Positions 1 to 13,084 of a DNA stretch of 64,000 nucleotides are shown here, one piece after another. The stretch is from Octopus bimaculoides. Lineage: Eukaryota. Positions within the stretch are counted from its first letter, which is position 1; each line of letters starts with the position of its first letter. Location: contig NC_068990.1 in assembly GCF_001194135.2 (NCBI RefSeq), forward strand, positions 63,507,926-63,571,925, in the 5' to 3' direction. The notes under the pieces are model-generated. The model was not told where the DNA came from. It saw nothing but the letters and a program-made list of their open reading frames with translations, and made no database searches. The translations under genes and the position numbers were made by a program.

Positions 1-49
1 AGATCAGAAGACATGAGCGCCACTGCCTGGTGCTGCATCAGGGCATTTA

Positions 50-50
<1 letters not shown>
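1..50 (+). mobile_element. 3' end of a ~560-bp retroposon-like repeat (same family as 196-752), followed by a (TAA/TTA)n tail
   Basis: agatcagaagacatgagcgccactgcctggtgctgcatcagggcattt closely matches 705-752 (agatcaaaagccgtgaaagccactgcctgatactgcatcagggcattt). Both copies are followed by (TTA)n. Confidence 0.7.
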
Positions 51-195
<145 letters not shown>

Positions 196-749
196 GAGTG
201 AGGGTGCAACACATGCCATCAAAGTGACACTGGGGTACAAATATACGAAGCTCAATGCACCCATCATGACTACCCGCCTGGTAAGGGTACCCCAGGCACA
301 TACATCACAGGCATATGTGCGCGACATGGTGATCTCATATCAAAATAAACAGCGCATAACTTTGCAGGTGGGACCCAGTTAGAATTTTCTTCAGGTCGAG
401 TAGCCCATACTGCTCAAAAGGTCCATGAATAAGGTTTGTTTTAAGGAAGATTAACAAAACACCCATGTTTCCGGAGCTGAATTATTCAAACCCCCAAAGA
501 ATTCCTCTCTACACAGCTATGATGCCCCCTCACTGCTTCTGCTCATTATGAAAGATGCACATATCGTCAGCCACCAAAGTACATGCTGAACTGGTTATAG
601 TCAAGCAACTGACAAGTAAAATTGTGGTGTTGGGCAGAATATTTGCTGTAGCCCATCTTTTATACCAAGACAACCAATGTACATGATAACACTTCCAATC
701 ATTTAAGATCAAAAGCCGTGAAAGCCACTGCCTGATACTGCATCAGGGC

Positions 750-752
<3 letters not shown>
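196..752 (+). mobile_element. ~560-bp non-coding retroposon-like repeat with (TTA)n tail
   Basis: Bounded by TTA microsatellites; its 3' end is duplicated at 1-50; no meaningful ORF. Family not assigned. Confidence 0.6.
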
Positions 753-815
<63 letters not shown>

Positions 816-1191
816 CATTGTTCAGCATTTGGTAGTTCCAGGCAAATTTCTACTGCATCGCCTGCTACACCTCTGTGTTGCTGGCGTGTGCGCAGCATTG
901 TGTGTTCATTTTGTCGTTGGGAGTGTACAAACTTCTCCCGGTATTGTATTGTGTCAGTTTCTTTTTTCATGGAGTGTGGTGCAGTTTTTTTTTGTATATT
1001 AGTGTTTGTATTGTGTGCTGTGCGTGTAATGCGCTGGGTTACTAGCCTGCAGCTGGTAGTTTATTTTATTGGGTATTTATTATACATTGTCTGTCTTGTG
1101 TTTGTGGATTGCTTTGTTTGGGTTGTATTTTTGAATTGATTGTGTTTTGCATAGGATATGGGCTGTTCTTATATCATCGTCAACATTACTA

Positions 1192-1229
<38 letters not shown>

Positions 1230-1252
1230 GTTATTTGTTGTTGTTGTTGTTT

Positions 1253-1287
<35 letters not shown>

Positions 1288-1500
1288 AAGGCAGCGAGTA
1301 GACAGAATAGTTAGCACGCCGGCAGAATGCGTAGCGGTATTTCATTTGCCTCCACGTTCTGAGTTCAAATTCTGCCGAGGTCGACTTTTCCTTTCATCCT
1401 TATCGGGTCGACAAATTAAGTACCAGCTGAGCACTGGGATCGATGTAATCGATTAATCCCCTCTCCTCAAATTTCAGGCCTTGTACCTTTAGTGGAAGGA
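1288..1500 (+). mobile_element. tRNA-derived SINE, family 1 (aaggcggcgagctggcagaatcgttagcacgcc... head), type-A 3' end
   Basis: Head aaggcagcgagtagacagaatagttagcacgcc, B-box-like gagttcaaattc, central ctttcatcct..gggtcga..aattaagtaccag, and 3' end aaatttcaggccttgt. More than 15 homologous copies in the window. Confidence 0.9.
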
Positions 1501-1537
1501 TTTTTATTATTGTTGTTGTTGTTGTTGTTGTTGTTGA

Positions 1538-1745
1538 AACAGTGGACTCGCAAAATCGTTGACACGCCATGCAAAATGCTTAGCGGTAGTTCGTCCGTCA
1601 TTGCGTTCTGAATTGAAATCCCACCGACGTCGACTTTGCCTTTCATCCTTTCGGGATCGATAAATTAAGTACCAGTTGAATACTGGGGTTGTTGCAAGCG
1701 ACTTATCCCCTCCTCGGAAATTGCTCACCTTGTGCCAAAAACTTC
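1538..1745 (+). mobile_element. SINE family 1, type-B 3' end, tandem behind the previous copy
   Basis: Same central segment (ctttcatcctttcgggatcgataaattaagtaccag); 3' end aaattgctcaccttgtgccaaaaa. Confidence 0.85.
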
Positions 1746-1866
1746 AGATCATTATTATTGTTGTTGTTATTGTTCCTATCGTTTGGTATTATCATTATTA
1801 TTAATTTGTTTTCCTTATTACAATTTTCGTATTTATATTGTTTTCCTTCCCTATATAAGCAACGTC

Positions 1867-2245
1867 GTGGAGGCGCAATGACCCAGTGGTTAGGGCAGCG
1901 GTCTCGCGGTCATAGGATCGCGGTTTCGATTCCCAGACCGGACGTTGTGAGTGTTTATTGAGCAAAAGCACCTAAAAGCTCCACGAGGCTCCGGTAGGGG
2001 ATGGTGGCAAACCCTGCTGTACTCTTTCACCACAACTTTCTCCCTGTTTCTGTTGTGCCTGTAATTCAAAGGGTCAGCCTTGTCACATTGTGCCACGCTG
2101 AATGTCCCCGAGAACTACGTTAAGAGTACACGTGTCTGTGGAGTGCTCAGCCACTTGCACGTTAATTTCACGAGCAGGCTGTTCCGTTGATCGGATCAAC
2201 TGGAACCCTCGACGTCGTAAGCGACGGAGTGCCAACAACAGCAAC
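1867..2245 (+). mobile_element. Full-length tRNA-derived SINE, family 2, with perfect 12-bp TSD
   Basis: tRNA-like head ggaggcgcaatgacccagtggttagggcagcg...ggtttcgattccc and (CAA)n tail. TSD ataagcaacgtc at 1855-1866 and 2246-2257. Confidence 0.92.
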
Positions 2246-2454
2246 ATAAGCAACGTCAAATACTTATTCTTAGAACAAAGCAGAGACGACTTAATGCTAA
2301 CCTGATGAAGTACCACGCTAACATATTCAACCAAACATTTAGTGTAACTTTTCGCATGGCATCATTTACATACAATGCAATTAGAAACGGAATGATATTG
2401 GGACATATTAACGAATATCAAAAGATGTGCTAAATTCATACTTATTTTCATGTA

Positions 2455-2717
2455 TGCTCGTGAAGTTAACGTGCACGTGGCTTAGCACTCCACAGACACG
2501 CTTACCATAACGCATTTCTCAGCGAGATTCATTGTGACACTCAATTTGATAAGGCTGGCCCTTTGAAATACAGGTACAACTCATTGTGGCTAGCTGAGTG
2601 CACTGGAGCGACATGATATAAAGGCTCTTGCTCAAGGACAAAATGAACCACCGGGAATCGAACTCGCGGCCTTATGATCGGGAGTCAAATACCCTAACCA
2701 CTAAGCCACACGCCTTC
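2455..2717 (-). mobile_element. tRNA/CORE-like SINE related to family 2, 3'-truncated, inverted relative to 1867-2245
   Basis: Reverse complement begins gaaggcgtgtggcttagtggttagggtatttgac...gagttcgattccc and has CORE-like gtccttgagcaag. It shares gtgtctgtggagtgct(c/a)agccac(t/g)tgcacgttaa with 2130-2176. Confidence 0.88.
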
Positions 2718-4399
2718 GCTAGAATGTGTATAGGTACACACACATATATACACGTGTGTACATGTGTGAGGGTATGTGTGTGTGTCTGTGTCTGTTGAGA
2801 TATGATAATGAAGAATGAAGAATAAAGCATTTTTTTTTTAATCAAAAACTATTTTTTTCATATTATAAAAGTATTTTCTTTATATTCTGACACGTGTTTC
2901 TGCCGAATAAATGTCATAGTGTCGTTTGATATAATACTTTGGTGCATTTCATCGATTTGTATCATAATAAATGTACGTTTAATTTCAAAGATTTACAATC
3001 CTATACAGCTTTATTCGAGATGCTTACTATACAGGTGGGTGATGCGACCGAAATATTCTGGTATAAAATACAAATTCCGAAAATTCTCTTGAAAAAAATA
3101 AACTGTAAAATTCGAATAACGTTCTATTCTTTATTATTAACGTCGTGATTCTCTGCTTTCTACGTGAAATCCATTGAAGCGAACTCGGGACTTACCAATT
3201 GATGAGAGTATAGTTTAATTGTTTATTCTAAACGATTCTAAATGCTTCCTATCAATCGATGTAGTTAGCCCAAGTCTGGAGTTTATCAGAGTGCTCGTAA
3301 GGTCTCTGCCCGGATTTAAATTAGAACGGACTGTTGCCTGTCTATTAAAAACACAGACAAATACTGGTACATCAAATGTCATGCAACATGAATCATTCCC
3401 TCTCTAGAGGTTGTGTCACAATTACCAAATAGCAAATTCTATATAAAATAACCTCAAGAATCAACTACTTTGCAAAGTTGACACGCCATTAATAAAAAAA
3501 GTACATGTTATGGTCTGGAGGTGTGTCGTTTTGAAGCACATCTTCGTGTTCACACTAATGAAATATATCTATATAGATGCTTTATTTTAAATTATATATA
3601 CACAGCATTTGTAATTTCTGGTGAATTCTATTGCCGTACTATTACACATCGAAACGAAAGACTGGAAAATATGGTATATTTTTTAAATTCCATGTTACAC
3701 TTATTTCATTACAAGATAAGAGTTACAAAGGTATACGTGTATCTATTAAAAAAAAAGGTTTAGAAAATTCTATCCGTAATTTTTCAAAGAGTCAAAAATA
3801 ATATTTTTTAATCCTTGTCTGAAGTGTTCGACCTCTGCAACAATTAATCCAGACATGTTTTTCTTTCCGTTTTTTACCTCTCTCCATTTGTTTTCTATCC
3901 TCAGACGAGCGTAGGCTCGAAACATCAAACACCTTGTCTGTTTTCCTCTCAACTGTCTTTGTATTTTCTTTTTGTACAATTTCGTACTATATATATNNNN
4001 NNNNNNNNNNNNNNNNNNNNNNNNNNNNNNNNNNNNNNNNNNNNNNNNNNNNNNTATATATATAAGTGATTTCCCTAGTAGAATAAAGAGGGAGATAATT
4101 AATTCTTTATAACATTTGGTGGGATTAGATATCTGAATAATAAATTATTATAAGGAAATACAGGGTGCGGAAGAAGTAACGCCCTTTTATATTGAATCAT
4201 GTTGTCTTGATGAAAACGATACTTAATAAATTTCTTAAAACTTCTGCGATTTTTTTATTTGTTTATTATTTGCTTTCAAGAAACTTGGGGAAAAGATGGA
4301 AAAAGAAGATTTAAATTCAAATATGAATTACTTGGTTATAAATGTTTTCATATGCCTCGATGTTACAATATGAGTTTACGTGAGTTTTTAGAAAAGAAC

Positions 4400-5230
4400 A
4401 GACATTTATTCAAAATGAGTCCAGTTACGTATGAGGAATTGAAGGACGCATTCACTCGTCTGAAGGCAAACAAAGTGTGTAGATATAACTCCTTGAGTAT
4501 AAGGTTTTTTTTTTAATTTCATAAAAGTTCCATTATTACATGTCTTCAATATTACGTTTGCATTTAGAGTATTTCCGGTTTAAATGAAAATAGCAAAAGT
4601 CATGTCACTTTTTAAATCAGGAGCAAAAATTGAAGTTGGTAATTACCGACCAATAACAATCTTACCAGTCTTCTCCAAATTGTTAGGGAGACTCATGAAC
4701 TCTCGTCTGAATGATTTCGTTGAGAAGAATAATCTTTTTTCATCCCAGAGAATTTGATTTTCGAAAAAGTTCTGCTGTAGACTATAGGCTGATTGAAATC
4801 ATTAATTACATCACGGCAGTTATGTCAAATAAAAGTGTTATAGTTGGAGTTTTCATCGAGTTTTTATCAGTAAAGCTTTTGACATTGTTGATCATAGAAT
4901 ACCCATAGAAATAACTTGAAAATTGGAGTTACTGGGAAAGAAATGGCATAGTTCAAAAGTTACGTAGGTAATAGACATCAGTTTGTGGTAATTGATGACA
5001 CCGAATTCGCGTACAAACCAATAGCTTGCAATGCTCCTCAAGGCTCAATATTAGGCCCCCTCCTCCTCTTTCTTATGTATGTTAACGATATGCAGTTCCA
5101 CTTCGACATGTTATGTTTGCCGGTGATACGAAACTTTCCTTAGCTGGTAAAGATTACCATATATTATTTAAAGAAAGGAAGAACCAATTATCATTCGTAA
5201 ATGACTGATATTCAGCAAATAAATGAGCAG
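4400..5230 (+). mobile_element. Decayed non-LTR retrotransposon reverse transcriptase fragment (CR1/L2/Jockey-type)
   Basis: Conceptual translation across stops and frameshifts gives KIAKVMSLFKSG..GNYRPITILPVFSKLLGRLMNSRL (~4585-4710), LSKAFDIVDH (~4865-4895), PQGSILGPLL (~5036-5065) and FAGDT in place of YADDT. Confidence 0.88.
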
Positions 5231-5524
5231 ATTGTCGGAAGGTGCTAGTTCGTTGCAGCCGTTTCCGCCAAGAGGCAACGAAATCTTCCAGGTGGTCTCC
5301 ATCGCTTCAGTGTTATGTAGGGATGAGCAGGTAAGACTTGGATAATGAATGTGCCTCTAGGCTTCTCCAGAGGGTCTAAGTGGTTGGGAGGGCTAAGACG
5401 TATGAAAACAGTTAATAATAGCTAGTGTTTGTTGTCTTTTTAAAAGAGGTAGAAAAAGAATAAGAGTAAGAATAAGAACAGTCATGGAGATGTCATATAT
5501 ATATATATTATTTGATAACAGTTT

Positions 5525-5640
5525 GACTTGGCCTCTGCGATGGACTGGCGTCCCGTCCAGCTGGGGAACACATACGCCACTGAAACAGGGAAACCGGGCC
5601 CATGAGCCTGGCTAGGCTTTAAAAGGGCGCATTTATTATA
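5525..5640 (+). mobile_element. SINE 3'-part fragment (V-SINE-like tail)
   Basis: ctgcgatggactggcgtcccgtccag...gaaaccggg resembles V-SINE 3' segments as recalled; not verified. Confidence 0.45.
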
Positions 5641-5743
5641 TTTATATTGACTTAGCCTAGTCAAATTGTTATTAAATGATATATGTAACTTCTAACAAAT
5701 TTGTTGAATGCCACTTTCTTTCGTTTGTCCACTGAATCGTATA

Positions 5744-6990
5744 CACAGGGTGCGATGGGTAAATTGTCATTATTTTATACTTTTAATTTCGCGCATGCGC
5801 CTTGTTTATTTGTTTTTTCGTTTTATCGACTACACAGTATAGTAGGGTCAGGTTGGCACAATCTGTGAAAAAACAGCACCATGACTCAATTCACCCTGCA
5901 AGAAATTTGGAAACGACATGCTGTACTGCTTTACATTCGCGACGAAAGCTCGAATGCGAACATTTCAGAGTATTTAAGTGTCAATGTGCAAAAGATTCAG
6001 AATGAGTTGGATGAGTTTAATAGTGATTACGAAGGTAAGGCGGTTCGGAATACTCACTTTGATCGTTCTGATAAGAAAATAATTCCTGAATTTGTTGGTG
6101 AGATCCAGGCCATGATTGACAACGATCCCTCCAAGTCAATCGGGTCCTTCACCAGGGATATGAGAATGTCTGAGTTTCTTATCAAACAGGTAGTGTGCAT
6201 GAAGACATTTGGCAAGATGAGAAAGGACCAATTTTTATCCCAAGCCATCAATGACAAACGGAAAGACCGCGCTACGAAGCTTTTGAACAAACTCAAGCAT
6301 GCTTTGGTTTTTCTGAAACAAGAAAAATTTCTGCCAGGATCATATGGCGAACACACAGAACAACCGTTGGATTGTTGTGTCCCCGAAACATGTACCGAGA
6401 GTGATAAAAATTAGACATCCAGTCAACATCATGGTGTTTGGAGTGATCACTAGTGATGGCAATGTTATGCCTCCATTCATCTTCCCACACAACCTCAGAC
6501 ACAGTACGGAGGCCTACATCAAGTGCCTGAAGGAGGTAGTGCTGCCCTGGGTGAAGAGGATGGCTGCTGGAAGACTATGTCTGGCAACAGGACTATGAAC
6601 CATATCACGCAAGCAGGAGAACTCAGTCGTGGCTGTCAGATAATTTCTGTGACCACATCTGGCCACCTAACTCCCCAATCTGCAGCCCCCTTGATTATTA
6701 TGTGTGGGGCGCAGTTGAGCGAGAGACGAACAAAACTCCTTGTAACATCAAAGATGAACTGAAGGCAGGGATTATGGCAGCACTCACCAACTTAATCAAT
6801 GAGAGCGCCCAGAAGAGTTGCAGGAGAGTCTGAAGTCGTCTGGAGGCCGTGGTCGAAGCCAATGGCAATTTTATTGAATAAATTTACTCTTTAGTATGCA
6901 ATTTTGAGAAATATATCTGTTAAAATGAGATATCAGTGTTATTTTCATTTTGGCGTAATTTAGACGACAATTTATTCACCGCAACCTGTA
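5744..6990 (+). mobile_element. Tc1/mariner DNA transposon (maT/DD37D-like), transposase pseudogene
   Basis: Imperfect TIRs cacagggtgcgatgggtaaattgtca / rc tacaggttgcggtgaataaattgtcg (21/26), flanked by TA. Frameshifted ORFs 5881-6414 and 6344-6598 include HPVNIMVFGVITSDG. The third frame reads YVWQQD...WPPNSPICSPLDYYVWG...LEAVVEANGNFIE* with an internal stop. Confidence 0.93.
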
Positions 6991-7277
6991 TATTACACAT
7001 ACATATATATTCATACTGTAAATATGCATACACACACACACATACACACACACACACATGTATGTATGTACGTATGCATAGATATATGTGCATATATATA
7101 TATAATATATATATGTAAATATATAATGTATATTTACATATACACACGCTAATACACGACTTATAATACCCAATCCTGTTCATACAACGACTGGGGCAAA
7201 CTAGTCGGTATACAGCACTTACTCGGTATTACCTGTATCCTCCTGGGTTTGGTTAAATCCAATACCCTCCTCAACCT

Positions 7278-7351
<74 letters not shown>

Positions 7352-7399
7352 GCGTGCGTGTGTGAGTGCATGAATTGTCTGTATGTATCTCCTATTCCT

Positions 7400-7654
7400 T
7401 TGTTTTAATATTTTTAATTCCTCACATTCCTGTTACCATTTTCGTACCCTCCTCCACCATCATTATTCCATCATTCCATTATTCTTTTATTTGTGTGTGT
7501 GTCTTCTTGGCTGGTGCTCTCCACTTCATCTCCCACTTCCTTTTTCTTATACTGTCTTTTCTCAAGACGATCTCCCTGTATGTCTTTAACTAGTTTTCTC
7601 TTTCTCTTACACGACTCCTACTTTCATTCCGTCAACTTTTCACTTTATCTCTTC

Positions 7655-7731
<77 letters not shown>

Positions 7732-9100
7732 TCACTCACACACATTCACATCTCATCGAAATCTCTCACTTTCTATTTTTCTCTTCGTTTCTTTACCTAT
7801 ACCTCCAATTAATTCACCATCACTTTTTAACACCCATACTCGTAACTTTATCAAGCTCTTTCTCTCACATTTTCCTCTCTAGTCATTTTGTCATTCTTTT
7901 AATCACTCCATATATATTCGTAACTTCCTCTCTGCCTAACTCTTTTGTCCCATTTCCCCTTACATGTCTCCCCAATACCACACACCTATTCTTATGCATA
8001 TGCGTGTGTGCTTGTATTTATGACTACATAAAAGTATAACATACATACACTCTGACCTGCATACACACGCATGCATTTGCCTGAGTACAAACACACACAC
8101 ACACACACAGACATTTGCCTGTATATGCACGCACACACTCACATATTAATAAATGCAGTTATTTTGACATCATGCTCTAGTACAGATACTTGCATATTCT
8201 CGAAAACATACATTCACACATACAACAAACTGTAAGACGTGCACATGTCTAGGATGTGTTCGCACATAAATTACAAATTTCGTATGCAAACTTAAAATGC
8301 CTGACTACGCAAACGGTTACACGTGAATATACGCACATACACATAACCTACCACCACGCGTCTGGTCTATATGCATATTCGTTCACACATGCACTCATTT
8401 AGCCATCCTTACCCTTCTTATTGTGCCTCCTTCCTGCTTCCCACATTTTCACCTATTTATCCATTCACCCCAGTTACGCCCTCTGTCTGCCGTTGAAGTT
8501 CTTTTGTCTCTGATTCGTCCTTGTGTCAACATTATTCTTCTCTCATTCTCTCCCTCCGTTTCTCTTTTCATTACCTCTTTCCCTACTCAGCTCTTTCTTC
8601 CGGGTAAATCTTATTATTCCACCCCCATCTTTCTCCTACTCTTTTTCAATGCTTGCCGTTTACGCTTCTGTTTCAATTCTCTACTTCTCCTGCTTTTGCA
8701 GTATTCCCTCTTCCTCCATCTTTTTTTAAATTCTATTCTATATATCTCTCTTCTTTCTACTAACACTTCTCGCTATTTCCTCCTTTTATTCTGTCATTTA
8801 CAATCTCTCTTCCTAACATTTTCCATTCTTTGCTTTTTCTTTATTCGTTATTTCTTCCCCACTTCTTTCTCTCCCTCTCTCGCTTATTCACACTTTCTCT
8901 CTTTCCTCTCTTCCTATCGTTGTCAATTCATCTCACTTTTAATTATGCATGAAGTCCTGTTTCATCTCTATGTAACTGCTTTTGTTTTTAATATTTTTAT
9001 CTTTCTCTTTCTCCAAAGTCTGCCCCTCTCTCTATAATACCTAACAGCCTTCCCCTAATTGCACTTTCACAGCAGTTTTTTTTTTTTTTTTTTTTAGCCA
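7400..9100. repeat. Pyrimidine-rich low-complexity tract including (CT)n at 7660-7730 and poly-T at 9076-9096
   Basis: Strong C/T strand skew; the ORFs here are F/L/S-rich artefacts. Confidence 0.85.
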
Positions 9101-9669
9101 TCTATAATGGGAAATGTTATCGGGACGGCGACTATAGACCATCACCAAGGCATATCTTCATCTTCTCCCTTCTTATCTTTGTTGATATTTCTTTTATTGT
9201 TCGCTTCTTATTGCTCGTCTTCTTGTTGCTTTGGCATGATCGAAGTCCAGCATAATTGATGCTGTTATCGCTATTGGTGTATTTATTGATTTTGTCTCCA
9301 AGTGATGACTGAAGTCGAGTACATTGTTTATAGCTATTATGGGTACAGTGGAATTGGTGGCTAGTACTGGAGTAAATATTTGACAATATTTAGTCTCGTT
9401 CCATAAAATACCTTAAAGAGAATGGAAAATGTCTGAAATATTTTGTTTGAATCAGTTAGTTTCTGAGTTCACACCCAACCAGGGTCAATGAATATCCACT
9501 AAATATTGGTCTGATGTACCTACGTCTACAACTTGTTCTCTTTAATCAAATTTCAGTTCTGAAGTCGACATTTTGTTGTTATTGTTATTTCTATTGTTGC
9601 TGTTGCTGCTGTTTCACAGTTAACAGCTTATTGAAGTTTATGGCCAGATAGCATTTCATAAGTTGCTGG

Positions 9670-9709
9670 TATTATTATTATTACTATTATATTATTATCA
9701 TCCTCGTTA

Positions 9710-9804
<95 letters not shown>

Positions 9805-9972
9805 ATTATATTATTATCATCCTCGTTATTGTTATTATTATTATTATTATTACTATTATATTATCATCCTCGTTGTTATTATTATTATTATTATTGTTGT
9901 TGTTGTTGTTGTTGTTATTATTATTATTATTACTATTATATTATTATCATCCTCGGTATTGTTATTATTATA

Positions 9973-10071
<99 letters not shown>

Positions 10072-10110
10072 GCTGTTGTTGATATTATAGTTCTTGTTGG
10101 TAGTGGTGGC
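9670..10110. repeat. Compound (TTA)n/(TTG)n microsatellite with a higher-order unit
   Basis: The unit tattat(att)atcatcctcg recurs with catcctcg at 9699, 9818, 9865 and 9948. Confidence 0.95.
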
Positions 10111-11849
10111 TTTAGTGGGGGATGGAATCTGTGGTTGTATTAGTAATAATCGAGTTGCTGTGGTGTTGGTGGCGTTGCTGCTGTTGCTGCTATTGTCCTC
10201 GTCGCTGATGGGAATTCGTAACACTAGACTAGAACTAACATCCAGGTATTGTTCTTGCCACTCTTTATGCTGCTGAAACCGTTTAATAATATTATATGGC
10301 CTTTTTGATGTGTTGTTGTTGCGGATTTTTGAGGTTGCAGTTGTTGTTATGATTGTTGCAGACTTTGTTGTTTAATGTCTTTGGGGTTGAAATGGTGCTC
10401 TCTATTTGTAGTTTTTTTTTATTAGTTTTTTTTTTATTATTTTTACTCTTATTATTGATCTTCTTGTTAATGTGCTTGTTGTTGATGCTGTGTCTGCGAC
10501 CTCATTTCATTGCTGATTATCATTTGACAAGCGTAATGAATACATTTTTCCTATAAATTAAACATTATATTAAGAAAAGAAAATAAGCAAAAATAAATTT
10601 AACAAAATAAAAGTTGGCATAAAGATCAGTGGCCAAACGCTGTCAGAATCAGAAAAACTAGCAGAGAGCTGGCACTCTTCATAAAATAGATAGCAGTGGA
10701 AAATATATCCAAACGTTGATCGGTGTACAAGAGGGAGTCTCGTGGTCACTTGTTGTAAATAATTGAGCATAATTATTTGTTATGCAGATTTCACCAAACA
10801 AATCCTCTATTTTCTAATGCCAGTTTACACGAAGCATGTATTAAGTAATGATAAAATGTAAAGGAACACTTAGTAGACAAACGACGCTCTACGGTGATTG
10901 GTAGAAGCCAAACCAGTAAAAATAATGTATCACGTGCATTGGAGACATAAATGTCCGTTGTTTCGGTACTTAATTGGGGAGTGTTCAATACGACTTCTAA
11001 GTGTATAGAATCTCAGTATATCATAATCATTTCGATTTGTAAATAAGCTATTATAAATTTCATATGGAAACAAATGGTAAATATACATTTATCTCCTGTA
11101 ACCAATGTGAGGAATCGAGTCACTTAATCGACTGCTAGAAACAAAGGACAGCTGTAACAAAGGATCTGCCTAATCAATAGAAGAGGCTGAACAAGCACTT
11201 GAATCGAAGATGGTTTGCTGAACAATTTCCCCGGGAACTTTTACAAGACAACACAAAAACAATACACTATTATCCATAGTTGATAAAGCTGAAAATACTT
11301 TATATATAGCATAGCTTAAAATATTCGTGGTTGTAACTGTGGATATGGTTTATATAATCACTGTTTAGCAAATGTATTCTTTAACTGGAACACAAGGTGA
11401 GGTTTTAGACAAGCAGTATGCTAAATTATTTTGCTTTCAAAGGAAAGCTCTCTCTGATAGGCATTAATTTCCCTGTCTGACTTATTCTTAACGATATATC
11501 TTCGGTTAACGAGTGATAGCACAACTTTAGCAAGGATGCCACCGCATCTTGTAAGAACTTTTATATTTGGACACTTTCTTCTAACATGAGCATTTTAGTT
11601 TCTGATAATAATAATCTTAAGTATATTTCCTGTTGATCTTCAATGTTTACATCAGGTAATGGACTATTTGCAAAACAGTCAATAGGTTATCTTAAAATGA
11701 TTTTGTTTTTATAGATTTACAAAAGTTGTGTTTATGGCCAGGGTCCTCAAAGCTAGTAATAGTTCCAGGCGAGAAGAAAATGTAGGATATTCAGACTGTT
11801 CATTAATTATCAGTGCTAAATACTTAGGATTTATGTATAGGTAACCGGT

Positions 11850-11907
11850 ATGCATGCGTGTATGCGTACGTGCGTGTGTGTGTGTGCGTGTGTGTGTATG
11901 TGTGTGT

Positions 11908-11946
<39 letters not shown>

Positions 11947-12070
11947 TGTGCGTGCATGCGCGCGTGTTTGCGTACGTGCGAGTAAGTTTGATGAAACAGG
12001 ATGCGCGTTTATATTTGGATTTGCATGTATGTGTATAGATAGATAGATAGATAGATAGATAGACGGATAG
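11850..12070. repeat. (TG)n and (TAGA)n microsatellites
   Basis: Directly visible. Confidence 0.97.
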
Positions 12071-12356
12071 ATGTACATGATATTTTAAGGCGGTTCTCAT
12101 TGTAATACTGTTACTAAAACTGATTTATGTGTATTCAGTAGTAGAGAATAATGCGCCATTTTCATGTAGTTTGTTGATGGAATATTTAGAACTAATCACA
12201 TTATTTCAGTTGAAATGAAATCGTGTACGAAGTTAAATGTATGAAAATATTTCAAGTGTGAGAAGACTCCTTCACTCAGTCTTCTCAAACTAAAGACGAT
12301 AGTGCGATGTTGATTTGATATCAGTGTATCCACTTTATTTGTGTCTTTAAGACATT

Positions 12357-12715
12357 GTGAAGGCGCATAGCTCAGTGGTTAGAGTGTCAAGCTTACGATC
12401 GTGAGGTTGTGAGTTCGATTTCCTGACCGGGCTGTGTGTTGTTTTCTTGAGTAAGACACTTTATTTCACGTTGCTCCAGTTCACTCAGCAGTAGATATGA
12501 GTTGCGACGTCACTGATGCCAGGCTGTAGCGGCCTTTGCCTTTCCCTTGGATAACATCAGTGGCGTGGAGTGGAGAGGCTGGTATGCATGGGCAGCTGCT
12601 AGCCTTCCATAAAATAACTCTAGGTTGTGTGTTCGCCGGTGAGGCGTCTTCCCGCTCAGATTTGTACTGCGGAGAGAAACTTCTTAGGTGCACACATGAT
12701 GATTCGTGACCGACA
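12357..12715 (+). mobile_element. tRNA-derived CORE-type SINE (family 3)
   Basis: Head gaaggcgcatagctcagtggttagagtgtc...gagttcgatttcc and CORE-like ttcttgagtaagacactttatttcacgttgctccagttcactcagc. Confidence 0.88.
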
Positions 12716-13084
12716 GAATTGACTAAGATACAGCACAGCCGGACAGTAAGGAAGTTTGCCACAGCGAAGTTTCGGGATCGATCCCTCTGTGAGGCATCTG
12801 GGACAAATGTTATTTTCTATAAGCAGGGATTGATCCATCGTTTGAGAGTAAAATCGGGTACATGGAAATTGTATCGAAGCCTGTCGGGTAAATTCTACAT
12901 GGTATTCAAAAGTACAGCCTCAGCAGACACAGTATCACGTTTACTCTGTCCGAAAATTACACTAAGATTCCAAATATCCAAAAATTGTTCAGTAAGAAAA
13001 ATGTTAAAGCAGGAACCGGTAACCCAGTTAACAAAACAACTGAACCCATATTTTCGAACAACGGAAACCTACCACAACTATATA

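Noticed and set aside
1869-1945. tRNA-like sequences (also at 12357, 2650-2717 and 57752)
   Set aside because: These are SINE heads that continue into SINE bodies; there is no intact cloverleaf or tRNA 3' end.
3521-3600. HLRVHTNE as a C2H2 zinc-finger end, or VMVW in another frame as a Tc1 motif
   Set aside because: No upstream C-x2-C and no further matching motifs; too short to support.
3770-3979. 69-aa minus-strand ORF with protein-like composition
   Set aside because: It may be a transposase remnant, but no motif could be identified and it ends at an assembly gap.
4159-4190. Mariner-like TIR starts (tacagggtg at 4160, tatacagg at 3027 and 16203, tacgagggg at 41684)
   Set aside because: No matching partner TIR or transposase was found by eye.
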